Of a stretch of 64,000 nucleotides of DNA, positions 23,819 through 36,178 are shown piece after piece (within the stretch, counting starts at the first letter, position 1; every line of letters begins with the position of its first letter). A program made the translations under genes and the position numbers. The notes below the pieces were generated by a model. It worked only from the letters and a program-made list of their open reading frames with translations, had not been told where the DNA came from and did no database searches. The stretch spans positions 5,828,001-5,892,000 of the forward strand of contig NC_045138.2 of the NCBI RefSeq assembly GCF_008831285.2, given 5' to 3'. Source of the DNA: Nymphaea colorata. Taxonomy: Eukaryota.

Positions 23819-26800
23819 TGTTAGGAACAACACAGAATAAACTCTCCTCTCGCACACTCAAGAGGGGGTTAGAAGCAACAAGGAAGAAGACAACGATTTA
23901 CGTGGTTCGGAGCAACAATCTCATACGTCCACGGTCACACAGATCTCTTGTATTCTCTCTCTCTATGAACACACAGCACAGACACTCTCAAGCGGCGGCC
24001 ATCCTCAAAACATAAGGATTAAGGCAAACCCGCATTTGTACAAAATGATCCGCGGTATTGCATATGAGTGTCCAGTATGGATCAACTTCCATACACCAAC
24101 AATCTCCCACTTGGAATTTGATCCATCCAAGTGCTTGTACATCACATACTCAACCTGTGCAACGTCTCCTCATCAATCAACCTTGGAGACAAACTGAAGT
24201 TAAACATAACCTCAACTTCTCAGCAGTCACTGGCTTTGTCAACATGTCTGCAGGATTCTCTGTTCCACGAATCTTTTCAAGAGATAGTATCTTCTCTTCC
24301 AACAAATCTCTAATGAAATGATACTTCAATTCAATATGCTTTATTCTAGCATGAAACACTGGATTCTTGGCTAAATGAATTGCACTTTGACTATCACAAG
24401 AAAGAACACTCTTATCTTCCTTTACATGCAATTCTTTTAGAATAGTCTTTAACCAAATCATCTCTTTGCTGGCTTCTGTAACTGCAATATATTCAGCTTT
24501 TGTGGTAGACAGTGCAACAACCTTTTGAAGCTGTGAAACCCAACTAACACAGGTTCCTCCTAGGGTATAAATATACCCGGTAGTACTTCTTCTACTGTCA
24601 AGATCACCACCCAAATCTGCATCTACAAAGCCATGCAAAAGTAATTCATTTTTCTTAAAACAAAGGCTCATACCTGAAGTTCCTTTCAAATAACGTAATA
24701 TCCACTTCACAGCTTCCCAATGTTTCTTTCTAGGCTCAGCCATGTATCTGCTCACTACTCCCACTGCTTGTGCTATGTCTGGTCTAGTGCATACTATAGC
24801 ATACATCAAGCTACCCACTGCTGAAGCATATGGAATCTTTGACATTTCTTCATGTTCTTCATCTGTCTTGGGTGACAAATCTTTGGACAGTTTGAAATGA
24901 CTAGCAAGAGGCGTACTAACAGGTTTAGCATCTTGCATCTTAAACCTGCACAAGATCTTCTCAATATAATTTTGTTGAGACAAATTTAACGTACCTGTCT
25001 TACTGTCCCTACTAATTCTCATCCAAAGAATTTGTTTTGCAGTGCCTAGATCTTTCATTTCAAACTCCTTTGATAGTTGTTCTTTCAGAGAATTAATCTC
25101 TTGCAAATTTGAGCCTGTAATAAGCATATCATCCAAATATAATAGTAAAATGATATAACAACTATCAAGGTTCTTAAAATAGCAACAGTGATCCATATCA
25201 CACTTCTTAAAAGCATTTCTCCCCATGAAGTTATCAAACTTTTTGTACCACTGTCTTGGTGCCTGCTTTAAACCATAGAAACTCTTCTCTAATTTGCATA
25301 CAAGACTTTCTTTCCCTAATACTTGAAAGCCTTCAGGTTGCACCATATAAATATCTTCCTCCAAATCCCCATGAAGGAATGCAGTCTTTACATCTAGTTG
25401 CTCTAAATATAAATTTTTAGCTGCAACTAAACTCAATACCAATCTTATAGTAGTTAGTTTTACAACAGGAGAGAAAATTTCTGTATAATCTATACTTTCT
25501 TTCTGTTGGAAACCTTTCACTACTAACCTTGCTTTATACCTTTTCTTTCCATCTGCTTCTTTAATCCTGTATACCCATTTGTTTTGCAATGCCTTCTTCC
25601 CACAAGGAAGCTCAGTTAATGTCCACGTTCTGTTAGCATGTAGAGAGTCCATCTCCACTTTCATAGCTAACTCCCACTTAACAGAATTTGTAACATGCAT
25701 TGCTTCATCAAAACACTTGGGTTCTCCAGCATCAGTTAACAACAAGTAATGTAAGTAAGGAGAATACCTTCGATTTGGTTTTGGCCTTCTACTTGATCTC
25801 CTTAATGGAGGTTGGGATGTGCTTGCTTCTTGTTCCATCTGACTGTTTCCATCTTGACTCTTAATTGCAACATCATTTTCAGAGGCATCTTGAAGTTCTA
25901 CAATGTCTTCACTTGTGTCATGATGTTCATTCTTCTCAGACATAAGACTATCCTTGTCTTTGTACAGAGTCATCTCATTAAACACTACATCATTATGTCT
26001 AATAATTTTCTTCGTTTTATCATCCCAAAAGCGATACCCAAACTCATCATTTCTATAGCCAATGAAATAACATTTCCTGAACTTAGGATCTAATTTATCC
26101 ATTTTATCTGAGTCTATATGTATGTAAGAAACACAACCGAAGACTCTTAAGTGTGCAAGATTTACCTCCTTGCCGGTCCAGGCTTCTTCAGGTATTCCAT
26201 AGTCCAAAGGAACAGAAGGCCCACGATTTATCAAGTATGCAGCTGTATTGATTGCATCCGCCCAAAACATTTTTGGTAAGCCTGAATGCAGTCTCATGCT
26301 TCTTGCTCTTTCACAAAGGGTTCTGTTCATTCTTTCAGCAAACCCATTTTGTCGTGGTCTTTTAGGGACCGTTCTTTGTGTTCGAATCCCATGATCTGCA
26401 CAAAAATTTTTAAACTCTTTGCTGTCATACTCACCTCCATTATCTGACCGCAGACATTTAATCTTCTTTCCAGTTTGATTTTCTACTTCTGCTTTCCACC
26501 TTTTGAAAACAGTAAACACGTCAGATTTATGTTTGAGAAAGTAAACCCATACCTTCCTTGTACAATCATCAATGAATGTGACATAGTATAGGGATCCTCC
26601 AAGAGAACGAACTGGAGCTGGTCCCCAAACATCAGTATGCACCAACTTTAGCTTTTTCTTCTTTGGAAGCCGTCCAACTTTGGAGAAAGTGACCATTTTC
26701 TATTTTCTGAAAACACAGTCTTCACATAGCTCAATGTCTATAGATTTCAAGTCATGCAACTTGTTATTTGTTGTCATGATCTTCATTCCCTTCTCACTCA

Positions 26801-28361
26801 TATGCCCCAGCCTGTAATGCCACAACAATGATTTATTCTCACATTTCGCCACAGCCACTGTGTCTTTCACATCTGCAGTCATGTACAAAGTGCCAAGTTT
26901 GTGGCCTCGTGCTATAACCATAGCACCTTTGGTTATCTTCTAAGATCCGCCAACAAAGGTAGTAACATAGCCTTCGTCGTTTAACTGTCTGACCGAGATG
27001 AGATTCCTCTTCAACCCTGGGACATGTCTGACATCTTTTAACTTCCATACATGCCCATTCTGCATTTTAATGTGAACCTCACCTTTTCCTACAATATCCA
27101 GAGGTTCATCATCGGCAAGGTATACTCTACCAAATTTTCCTACAACATAGTTATGCATACTTTCATTTGAATATGTTGAATGGAAAGATATGCCAGAGTC
27201 TAAAATCCAAGACTCTATAGAGCTGTGTACACTCAAGGCAAGTGCATCAGCTATATCTTCTGTTGTTGCATTTGCTGAATCATCTTCACGATTTTGGTTC
27301 TTCTTCTTCAACAACCTGCAATCTCTTTTCCGGTGTCCTGGCTTACCACAGTTCCAGCAGCCATCACTTCGAGGTTTGGATTGACTCCTTCCCTTAGATT
27401 TGGACCTTCCACGCTCTTGGTAGCGTTGATTAGTTCTGCCCCTATTTTGAACATTTAGGGCAGAACCGAGGGGCTCTCCTGCCTCTCTTCTGCGAATGTC
27501 CTCACTAAGTATTAAATCTCGAACACCACTGAACTTCAATTTGCTTGACCCCGATGAACTACTCACAGCGGTCACAGTGGCACTCCAACTCTCCGGTAGA
27601 GATGACAGTAAAATTAAGGCTTGAACCTCATCATCAAACTTAATATCGACAGAACATAATTGAGAAGTAATAACATTGAACTCATTTATGTGATCCGTAA
27701 CAGAGGCACCTTCAGCCATTTTCAAATTAAATAATCGACGCATCAGATATACCTTATTCAAAGCAGAGGGTTTTTCGTACATATCTGTTAGCGTCTTCAT
27801 CAGACTTGCTGTCGTCTTCTCGTTAACAATGTTGAAGGCGACGTTTCTAGCTAGCGTCAACCGGATGACTCCAAGGGCTTGTCTATCCAGCAACTGCCAA
27901 TCTGCATCAGCCATTGTTGCAGGTTTCGCTCCCATGAGTGGTTCATGCAGTTTCTTCTGATACAAGTAGTCCTCGATCTGCATCTTCCAGAATCCGAAGT
28001 CTTTACCGTCGAACTTCTCGATTCTGACCTTTCCTTCTTCCAGCGCCATTGTTCCTACCTCGAACGAACCGAGCTCTGATACCAGTTGTTAGGAATAACA
28101 CAGAATAAACTCTCCTCTCGCACACTCAAGAGGGGGTTAGAAGCAACAAGGAAGAAGACAACGATTTACGTGGTTCGGAGCAACAATCTCCTACGTCCAC
28201 GGTCACACAGATCTCTTGTATTCTCTCTCTCTATGAACACACAACACAGACACTCTCAAGCGGCGGCCATCCTCAAAACATAAGGATTAGGGCAAACCCA
28301 CATTTGGATCCGCGGTGTTGCATATGAGTGTCCAGTATGGATCAACTTCCATACACCTACA
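23819..28361 (-). mobile_element. Ty1/Copia LTR retrotransposon 2 (Tnt1/Tork-like), full length, 4543 bp. LTRs 23819-24101 and 28087-28361; PBS 28073-28084; PPT 24102-24111; TSD GTTAA
   Basis: TG..CA LTRs differing by about 7 substitutions and one 8-bp indel; perfect TGGTATCAGAGC PBS; AGTGGGAGAT PPT; GTTAA at 23814-23818 and 28362-28366. Confidence 0.97.
24177..28049 (-). pseudogene. Copia 2 gag-pol in a single frame with two in-frame TAG stops (26940-26942, 26700-26702)
   Basis: ORFs 26940-28049, 26700-26921 and 24177-26696 share a frame. Motifs: CWNCGKPGHRKRDC, WILDSG, WHYRLGHMSEKG, LRSDNGGEY, QLDVKTAFLHG, LYLDDML, ADMLTK. Confidence 0.95.
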
Positions 28362-28703
28362 GTTAAGAAACTAGCTATCGAAACCACCAAATGGTGAGTT
28401 CGTCAAAGTTCATGGCAGCATGTCTTACCTTCATTGTCTCCAAAATTCCTTGGCATTCAAGGAACTGTTCAGTCTTGAAGATCCAACTTGGTAGGTCATC
28501 TCCATTGAAGCCGGGAAAATCCATCTTGATCGGCTTTCATCGGTTTGCTTCTCCTCCCTCCCCCCATATGGGAAAGTAGGCAGTGGCAAAGCTGGGCTGC
28601 CCCCAGTGTGCGCCAAATGCATATTGACAGGAAAAACGCCACCGAAAGTTGGTCTGGTACTGGCATGGGTAACGCCAAAGGTGTCAAATGAGATGCCAAA
28701 AAC

Positions 28704-28775
28704 CAGTGGCGGAGCCAGCGTGGGGTAGGTGTGGGCGCCTGCCCACGCCAGCCCAAGATAGCCCAAAATATTTTT
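28704..28775. mobile_element. Left terminus of a CAGTGGCGGAGCC-type hAT MITE; right end not found
   Basis: CAGTGGCGGAGCCAG matches the TIR family at 13910, 35202 and 57683. Confidence 0.5.
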
Positions 28776-30253
28776 CAAGTCGTAGCGTAGCCTTCTTCCT
28801 CCCTCTCACTCTCTTCACTATTTGTTAGAAATTCATAAGAATTGAGATCTTAAATCCAGTGTTATCATAAAAATGTCATGCATGCCGGAGAAGTTACCGA
28901 AGGTTCTTCTTACCTTAGTCGATTTTCATGGGGAAAAAGAGGCAGACCACCATAATTCTGGCTTTTTACATGATTGCAAGGGATAAATTATCCATGATAA
29001 GTTTAACGGAGTGGTGGTACACGAAAACCATTTGTTTCATGCCTCATTTAATAAATCATGAGTTTAAATTAAAAAAGAAAAAGGTGAGAGAAGAAGGCCA
29101 CGTTCGGAGACGGCTAAGAATTTTCTTAAATATTATAAAATTTTTAAGTGGTCTCCCACATCTTCACCCTGTGGGGCCTATGGCCTATTAGAAGCATGCA
29201 TGCCGTCTATAATTTATTTGTTTTAACCACATTGGAAAATTATCAAGAATTGTCTTAAATATTTTAAATTTTTTAATTGTCTCGCACATCTTTACCATGT
29301 GGCCTACTTAGAAGAAATGCATGACATCTTTTGTCTTCCCCACATTGGAAAATTATCTTTTCATGTACGAAATTTTTGTGAGATTCGGATTCCTTGTTGT
29401 AGATGAAGTCTTACACTCTATCATGGCTGGTACCAAACCAATTAAATGTACATTTTAATTTTTGTGAGATTCGGATTCCTTGTTGTAAATCAGGTTATAT
29501 AAGCCAAATAAAAGGCCAACACTTCCTGATAATGGTTAGCATTTTAGGCATTTTAGGCCCTGTCCGGACCATGTCTTTTTTTTTTCCTTCCTCCCAATAA
29601 GATATTTTAAGTTAGAAGATGTGTCAGTCTCTTAAAAATTCTTTATTTTTAAGTAAGAATCTTAAATATTTATCCTTAAGAATCTTAAATATTTATTCTT
29701 ATATATATATAAGTCTCCACCAGCTTTGAGTATTTTAAGTAAATGCCTCGCCAGCCAATTAAACTCTAATAAATCCAAACATAATGAAAGCAATGCTGAA
29801 ATAAGACTAAAAACAGACCATAACGTATCAACAGAATAAACTTGGTGGAAAATGAGTTTGTGAAGCGTTCTAAATAATGTGGATAAACTCAATTACACCA
29901 ACAAGAAGGAATATCAAAATCCATCAAAGTTCGGAATACCAACATCCTGTAACCACTTCATAAAATGTCGAACACATTCCAAACCAAGAATTTTCTATAC
30001 TTAATCTCGTCAAGGCTCTTCTCCTCCAACAGCGTCGGACCACCCTCGGACACGAGGTGAGAGAGCGGCTCCTCGCACAAGGCATTGCACTTCATGTGCA
30101 GAGTGATGGGGCGCCTGGTCTTTGTCCTGCCACCGACGTGGTTGAACTGGAACCCATAGGCCATAAGTGCCTCCATGAGGGCACTCTTGCCGTCCGATGG
30201 CCGACGATGATATCGGAACGGAAGATCAGAAAACTGATTTTAAGGAAAGATGA

Positions 30254-30425
30254 GATCAAGATTTTGTTGTAACATACACATTGTAACATCCCTAGTGTAC
30301 ATATCTCACCATTTGTTAATTTGTATAGCTATAAATACCTGATCAGGATTTTGTTTTAACATACAGATTGTAACATCCCTACTGTACATATCTCACCATT
30401 CGTTAATTTGTATAGCTATAAATAC
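30254..30425. repeat. About 87-bp tandem duplication between ARC5 exon 1 and the large LTR
   Basis: GATCA(A/G)GATTTTGTT.TAACATACA.ATTGTAACATCCCTA.TGTACATATCTCACCATT.GTTAATTTGTATAGCTATAAATAC x2. Confidence 0.9.
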
Positions 30426-30426
30426 T

Positions 30427-32522
30427 TGCAATCACCCCAAATTTTTTTCAAGTCCAAAATTCAATTCATGGATCCAAACTAGATCCAAAAAAATTCAAAT
30501 TAAATCCAAATCAAGCATTTTGGACCTAAAACTCGAATTGCATTCAAAATGACAAAATTTGAGCACCGCGCTCACATGGACCTTGGTTTAAGATCTCACC
30601 CAAGTCGCGTACTCGAACCAAAATCAAATTTAAAACCAGTTCAAAATCGCTTAAAACGGAGTTGAGCACTCGTTTTTAACAAAACTTTCCTTTTATTTTA
30701 AATCATAAATACATATTCAATTCAAAATTAAAAAAAAAAATATTTGACCTCTCGCGTGCGACGAGTGCGATCGAAAGCGCGACCCACCTGCCGCGGTTGC
30801 GCGCGACAGTGCCCGGCGCTGTTGTCTGCCCCTTCCTCCTTCCTTTTTGATGAATAACTGCCCTCTATGGGGCAGTTTTGGTCTTTTGGGGTGGGCAACA
30901 GCCCTGCCCACATCAAAAATTGTTTTTTTGCAGTCCTCATGACCAATCATACCAATTTAAAACTATTTCTTTTTCAAAATAATTCAAAATTATTTGAAAT
31001 CTGGATGAAAATGTTATAAAATTCTAAAAGTTTCAATTTTTGAGTTTTGACTCCAAAACTCCCTATAAATACCCATACAATTCCTCCGGGCAAGAGTTAG
31101 CCTTTGGAAAAACTCTATTGTATTCTCACTTAAAAACTTAAAGTTTTTCCCTTAGCTCTTTCTCTCCCTCTTCCTCTTTTCATTTCTCTTATTCCTCTCC
31201 AACTTAGAGCAAACTACAACTTTCTTGGAGATATCTTCTTCATTATCTTGGAGATTCTTTCAAGGTAAGTCTAAAATCATTTCAAACATGGTTGTTCATT
31301 TTCCTAAGTCATTTCTCATTAGAGGTATGTAATCATCATTTCTCTCATTTCTCACTTATTTTCTTTCTTCTATTCTTCATCTCTCAATGGCCAAAGGAGA
31401 TAGCGCTCAACCTCTTTTTAGAGACAAGAGGTTATGCTCAAGTGCATCAGGAGCATGGAAAGATGAAATGATCTTTCATTTCATGATTGAACCATGTTTT
31501 CTCTTTTATTGAATGTACCATTTCTTTCTTCATTTTCTTCTCATCTTCATCAGCCATGGCCAAAAGAGATAGCAATCAACCTCTTTTTATAGACAAGAGG
31601 CTATGCTCAAGTGCACCGGGAGCATGGAAAGATGAGATGATCTTTCATTTCATGATTGAATCAAGTTTTTTCATTCATTGAATGTAGCATTGTTTTTATT
31701 TCTTCATTTTCTTCTCGTCTTCATGTTTTCACGGTCAAAGGAGATAACATTCAATCTCTTTTTAGAGACAAGAGGCTATGCTCAAGTGCACCGAGAATAT
31801 GAAAAGATGAGATGATCTTTCATTTCATAGTTACATCATGTCATCCCTCCAAATTGAATCTTTTTCTTTTCATCTCTCTCTCATTCATTGAATATTGTCT
31901 ATGTATTATCCACACGTAGTTGCTTGGATTTCCCTTTTATATGCGAGTGTGCGGTGGGAATGAAAGTGTAGTTAGGGTTATTTTTATTTTTATCTTCATA
32001 TTGATTTTTGAGGTTGAGACTTGTCCAACCTGAAGAAAACTCCCACGAAAATGTACATGTAAATATGCATTTGCATGTCATTTTGAATTAGTTTCTTTTC
32101 TAATCTCCCAATTAGGATCCCTAACGAGTGCCTTGTTATATTGCTTGTTTTTCTTCCATAACTAACGGTGGAAAGAATATATCCCATGTGATAAACCAAA
32201 TCATAACATCCTATATTTAAATAAATCATATTTTTCAAAAGATTTTCAAAAGCAAATACCCTTTCTAAAGCAGTCTTGGAGACTTAGCTTAGACTCTTGC
32301 ATGAGTCCAAGCTCCCATTCGGCCCATATCAAACTTGAAGTCGGTTGTTTTCATTTCTTTATTTCTAATATCATGAAGATGACACATATGTATATACATG
32401 GTATATACATATATGTGCACATGATTCCTTCATTTGTCTCTCTTTATGTTTTCACATTTTATTTTACAAATTTTTATATATATATGAATGCATATATACA
32501 TGTGTTCTACTTTCTCTCTCTA

Positions 32523-32564
<42 letters not shown>

Positions 32565-33430
32565 CTCTTGTTCTTCCTCTCTCTATTTAAGTTTAAGACT
32601 TTATCTTCAAAAGCTTATACAAATATGTATACATACATATAGAGAATATATATCTCCTCATATTTCAAAATCTTCTATCTAGTGATATTTGAAATCTCTT
32701 TTTCTTTTTCTCGTTATTTTTATGAGAGTATTTCACCTCATCTGTCCTTTTTAATATTTTCCTTTGATGACTTTTTATATCTACCGACTTCACTAAAATC
32801 AAAACTCATATATATGATATTTACAAAAATAAAATCTTAGATGTATATTATGGTAGGAATGCTTTAGATGAATGTTGTGGTATGAATGTTTCATTCTCTT
32901 TTAATCATATAGGAAAGATCAATGCATTCATGCATTCACATTCACTTAATATCACAAATAAGCACAATCACATTTCTAAAAGAACTGAAGCAAGATGAGA
33001 TGAAACTCTAACTAGATGGTAACCGAATTAGAGCAAAATCTCAATCCTGCTTAATGTCTTAAGAAAACACTAAAGTGATTTCAAAATAATTTTTCAAACT
33101 TTCCAAATGATATTCATAAGGATTTTTCGTTTCTATTTTTCCCTAAAATATTTCACATTCTCAAGCAACTCTTCAAGAACTTTTTTAAAAGTTTGAAACA
33201 TCAAACTTTTAACGTTTTTTTATACCGCATATAGAATCAAAAAGATGTTTAAGTTAAAATGAAATGCATCAATATTAAACATAGCCCTTGGGTTGATTAC
33301 CCTTGATAAAGGCATCGGGAACAGTCGATCCTCGTACCAACGGACGAGTCTTTTTTTTTTTTCATTTCAAAACAAAAACTCATTTTTCTTGAGCACTCTA
33401 AAACCAACAAAAAATTTTACTCATTCATTT
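30427..33430 (+). mobile_element. Large (about 3 kb) LTR related to the solo LTR at 59161-63006 (Ogre/Tat-like Gypsy); right terminus lost
   Basis: Start TGCAATCACCCCAAATTTTTTTCA vs TGTTAACACCCTAAATTTTTTCA; shared blocks TTCATGCATTCAC.TTCACT (~32930 / ~62320) and ATTAC..TAAAGGC...CCTCGTACC (~33296-33340 / ~62857-62900); CCTATAAATA TATA-like box near 31063. Confidence 0.7.
31388..31830. repeat. Three tandem units of about 170 bp inside the large LTR (starts ~31388, 31557, 31732)
   Basis: GG.CAAA.GAGATA.C..TCAA.CTCTTTTTA.AGACAAGAGG.TATGCTCAAGTGCA...GAAAGATGA.ATGATCTTTCATTTCAT three times. Confidence 0.9.
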
Positions 33431-34539
33431 TCTTCGTCTCTCTCGCTTATTTTTTCATGGTATCATAGCAATTTCCGTGAGAAGAATAGTGGGAAGGCGA
33501 GCGTCTCAACTAGGAATCTCGACAGAAGCATTCCTGTCTCCGGCAGATTCGTTTTTTCTTTTTTCTCTTTGCTACGAGTGCTGCCGAGATTGGAACAGGG
33601 GAGTTACCGCCAGTCCACGGCAACCAAATCGGCTGGCGTTGTCAATTCCAGCCACCGTAGCTGTCTAGCACGAGACCTACAGAATCCTACGCATCTGAGG
33701 ATCAATTCAGCATAATTTCAGAATTTATGAAGCTGGCGATGACGAGCTGTTGATTTTCCAAGTGCCGCCTGTTTCCAGGCGACTGTCCTGCGGCTGACGA
33801 AAGAATCACCACCGCCTCCCCTTTTCTGATAAAAAATTGCGATTTCCCGATTCTCTGGTGATTCGTTTCTACAACTCCTTTGATTTACATTAACTGAGAG
33901 CAAGATTGATTGATTAATTCTCCGTCTGTGGATTATGAAATGGAGGATCTCGACTGAGACGGTGAACATCCTTCTGCTGCCTGCTATGAATCAGGGAGCG
34001 ACTGCAACTTAAACGAGGACAATCCTCGACTGCTTCCCCTTTCTGCCAAAGATTGGGATTTCATCTAGATTCGGTGAATCATTCAATCCGTGTGAAGCAT
34101 TCCTTTAATTCATGAACGAACTGTGATTTTTTTGCACTGTCGGTGAAGCATTTGGTGACTGGAGAGACCTGCGACCGAGGAGGAGTAGGAACCGGAAACA
34201 GAGACTGTTCGTGGGAAGATCCTGCATCCGCCTGCGCATATCCGGCGATTTCATCCCCATTTCCACATAAAAGATTGGGTTATTCCACACTTTCCGGTGA
34301 GGCAATCCAACATTACACTTTACTGTTATCTAAATGTTGAACTGCAAGCGATCAGTCTTCCTGTGCTGAGACTTCACGCCCGTTCTGTGCTCGTTGATAT
34401 CGGCTGAAGCAGGAGACCATTTCTCACATGAACGGGATAAGAAAAATTCGCTACGAGGAGGAAAAGATTTTTTATAGTAAGAAGGGATTATGCCAAGTGG
34501 CTCTTCACTGCTTTTCATTGGAGAATTGGAGAAATCGGG

Positions 34540-34892
34540 CGGGAGAGAGGGGTTAAGGAAAGAGGAAGGAATATTTTAAGAGAAAATCGAAAAGAAAAAG
34601 CAGGAAAGTGGGAGAAATCAAAGGTACAGAGCAGGACATTAATAAAAGAGAGAAAAAGAAAGAGAGAAAAAGAGATTATAAGAGATAAATCAGAGGGAGA
34701 GAGAGAGATATTAGATAGAGATAAAGAGAGAGAAACCTAAGAAAGAGAGAGAAAAAATTAATAAAAAGAAGATTCTAAGAGAGTAATTGAAGAGAGGGAA
34801 AGAGATTTAAAAAAAAAGGTAAATAGATGTACCAAAAAAAAAAGATAAATAGAGGAGAGGGAGAAACAGATTAATAAGAGAGAGAGAGAGAG
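34540..34892 (+). repeat. Purine-rich degenerate minisatellite
   Basis: A/G-dominated tract with recurrent GATT(T)TAAGAGA / GATTAATAAAAGAG motifs. Confidence 0.8.
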
Positions 34893-35201
34893 TATCTTGG
34901 TGGTATAAAAATAGATTTTTGATATTTTAGATTGTATCAAATATTTATAAAGATAATGTAGCAGCTTTTATGTTTGAATTAAAATTTATAATATATATAT
35001 ATATATATAACTACAATGGCAATGGTCATTTTTGTGGGTAATGCAAAAATATGCTATGGTTGTTACAAATGATTTGATACTCCTAAGAGCCACAGTGTTT
35101 ACCTTGCTCCGAAACCCAATAACCACTAAGTTTATAACCACAGCTCCCTCATTTAGTGGACAGGGGAAAGAGATTGGTTGAAAATACATACTCCATGGTT
35201 T

Positions 35202-36178
35202 CAGTGGAGGAGCCAGAAACTTTTGGCTGTGGGGCACTAGTACATAGTATGTAATTTTTTTTTCTAAATTTAAATATATATATATTATTTCTAACCCTTC
35301 TTCCAAACACCGGTTTCAATAACATTTTGACAGTCAAAAGTTACAACTGAATTGGTCCACACCTTTTGCAAAGCGAAAATATCCCTAACCAAATGAAGTT
35401 AGCAAAAGAAATATGGGAAAACTTGGAATGAAGATGACTGCACACAATTGGAAGGCTTTCTACTTCCAAACAGTTATCAACAACTTTTATTAAACATGTC
35501 ATAATCGAGGAAAGAACCCAAATGCTTTATTTCAAGAAAAGTCTAAAAGAAGTTCAGAGAAGTTTGATTTGCTTGATATGAGCAAGCCTGTGTACATCTG
35601 CATACTCGCTGGCATATAATGATAATAAAAACAGTAAAAAACTTGCATAGCAACCAAAAATCACGACCAGGCAAAAGCGAGAGGAATTGTAAGTTAAATA
35701 AACAGAAAAAAATGATTATGACTCTTATATTATCTTTTATGAAATCTGTTCTTTACTTGTGATTATTGCCATTAGGTATGTTGTGTAACTAAATGGCTTG
35801 ATGAAGATTATCCGGCTGGTGCATTCCCAACCTGTGATTAGCAACTAAATTGTGGGGATTTGCTACTAATTGTACTGAGCTCCCATCATGAAAGAACCTT
35901 TCCCATTTTCATCCGTATCACAACCTACAGCTCTTTTCATCCAATTGACTTGTACAGCCACAACACCTTTTTGATGAGTGATGGCAGAGCTACGCTTGAT
36001 AGAGTGACAATTTCAGTGACAGTAAACAGTCTGCTTTCCATTTTGGACTATGGGGCTCGACCCAAGTCTGGCATGGGCATTGGACTTGAGAGAGTCTTGG
36101 ATGGATGGAGCTCTTTCCAATGGAAGCTTTAATGGGCTGGCGTGGGCCCACGCCAGCCCACACGTAGCTCCGCTACTG
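35202..36178. mobile_element. Non-autonomous hAT element, 977 bp
   Basis: TIR CAGTGGAGGAGC / GCTCCGCTACTG; perfect 8-bp TSD CATGGTTT (35194-35201, 36179-36186). Confidence 0.9.

Larger units (their letters stand above)
23570..28560 (-). mobile_element. Ty3/Gypsy (chromovirus-like) gag remnant split by Copia 2; pieces ~28560-28367 and ~23813-23570
   Basis: Minus-strand translation KMDFPGFNGDDLPSWIFKTEQF..KVRHAAMNFD..IWWF, then GWPVETLIGTFVSGLKEELRIEVQVLRPATL; typical Gypsy capsid-region motifs. Confidence 0.75.
12687..30210 (-). pseudogene. ARC5: ARC5/DRP5B (plastid-division dynamin-related GTPase) pseudogene. Exon remnants in transcript order: ~30210-30001, 22456-22292, 21588-21466, ~14558-14500 (3' part only), 13838-13705, 13622-13529, 13256-13196, 12985-12937, 12769-12687
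   Basis: Translations follow ARC5 in order: DGKSAL.EALM..GFQFNHVGG.TKTRRPITLHMK; AYIEAEN...YKYCPNLTIIDTPGL; QARAVEALV..KMQHKEFIIL.LED; SGRVG; IASLEEKLGR...RIGVSSLKLFLEELL; SVPLIIPLL.KEYR; LSLLLKGTVVAPPDKFGETLQDER. Most splice sites are retained. Disabled by a P-loop frameshift, loss of most of exon 4, and no N- or C-terminal exons found. Confidence 0.92.

Noticed and set aside
26700..26942. In-frame TAGs in Copia 2 as programmed readthrough
   Set aside because: There are two stops, both downstream of the protease motif rather than at the gag-pol boundary, and each is explained by a single transition.
33477..34520. Moderately GC-rich stretch with several short ORFs
   Set aside because: No motif, splice pattern or termini I could support.
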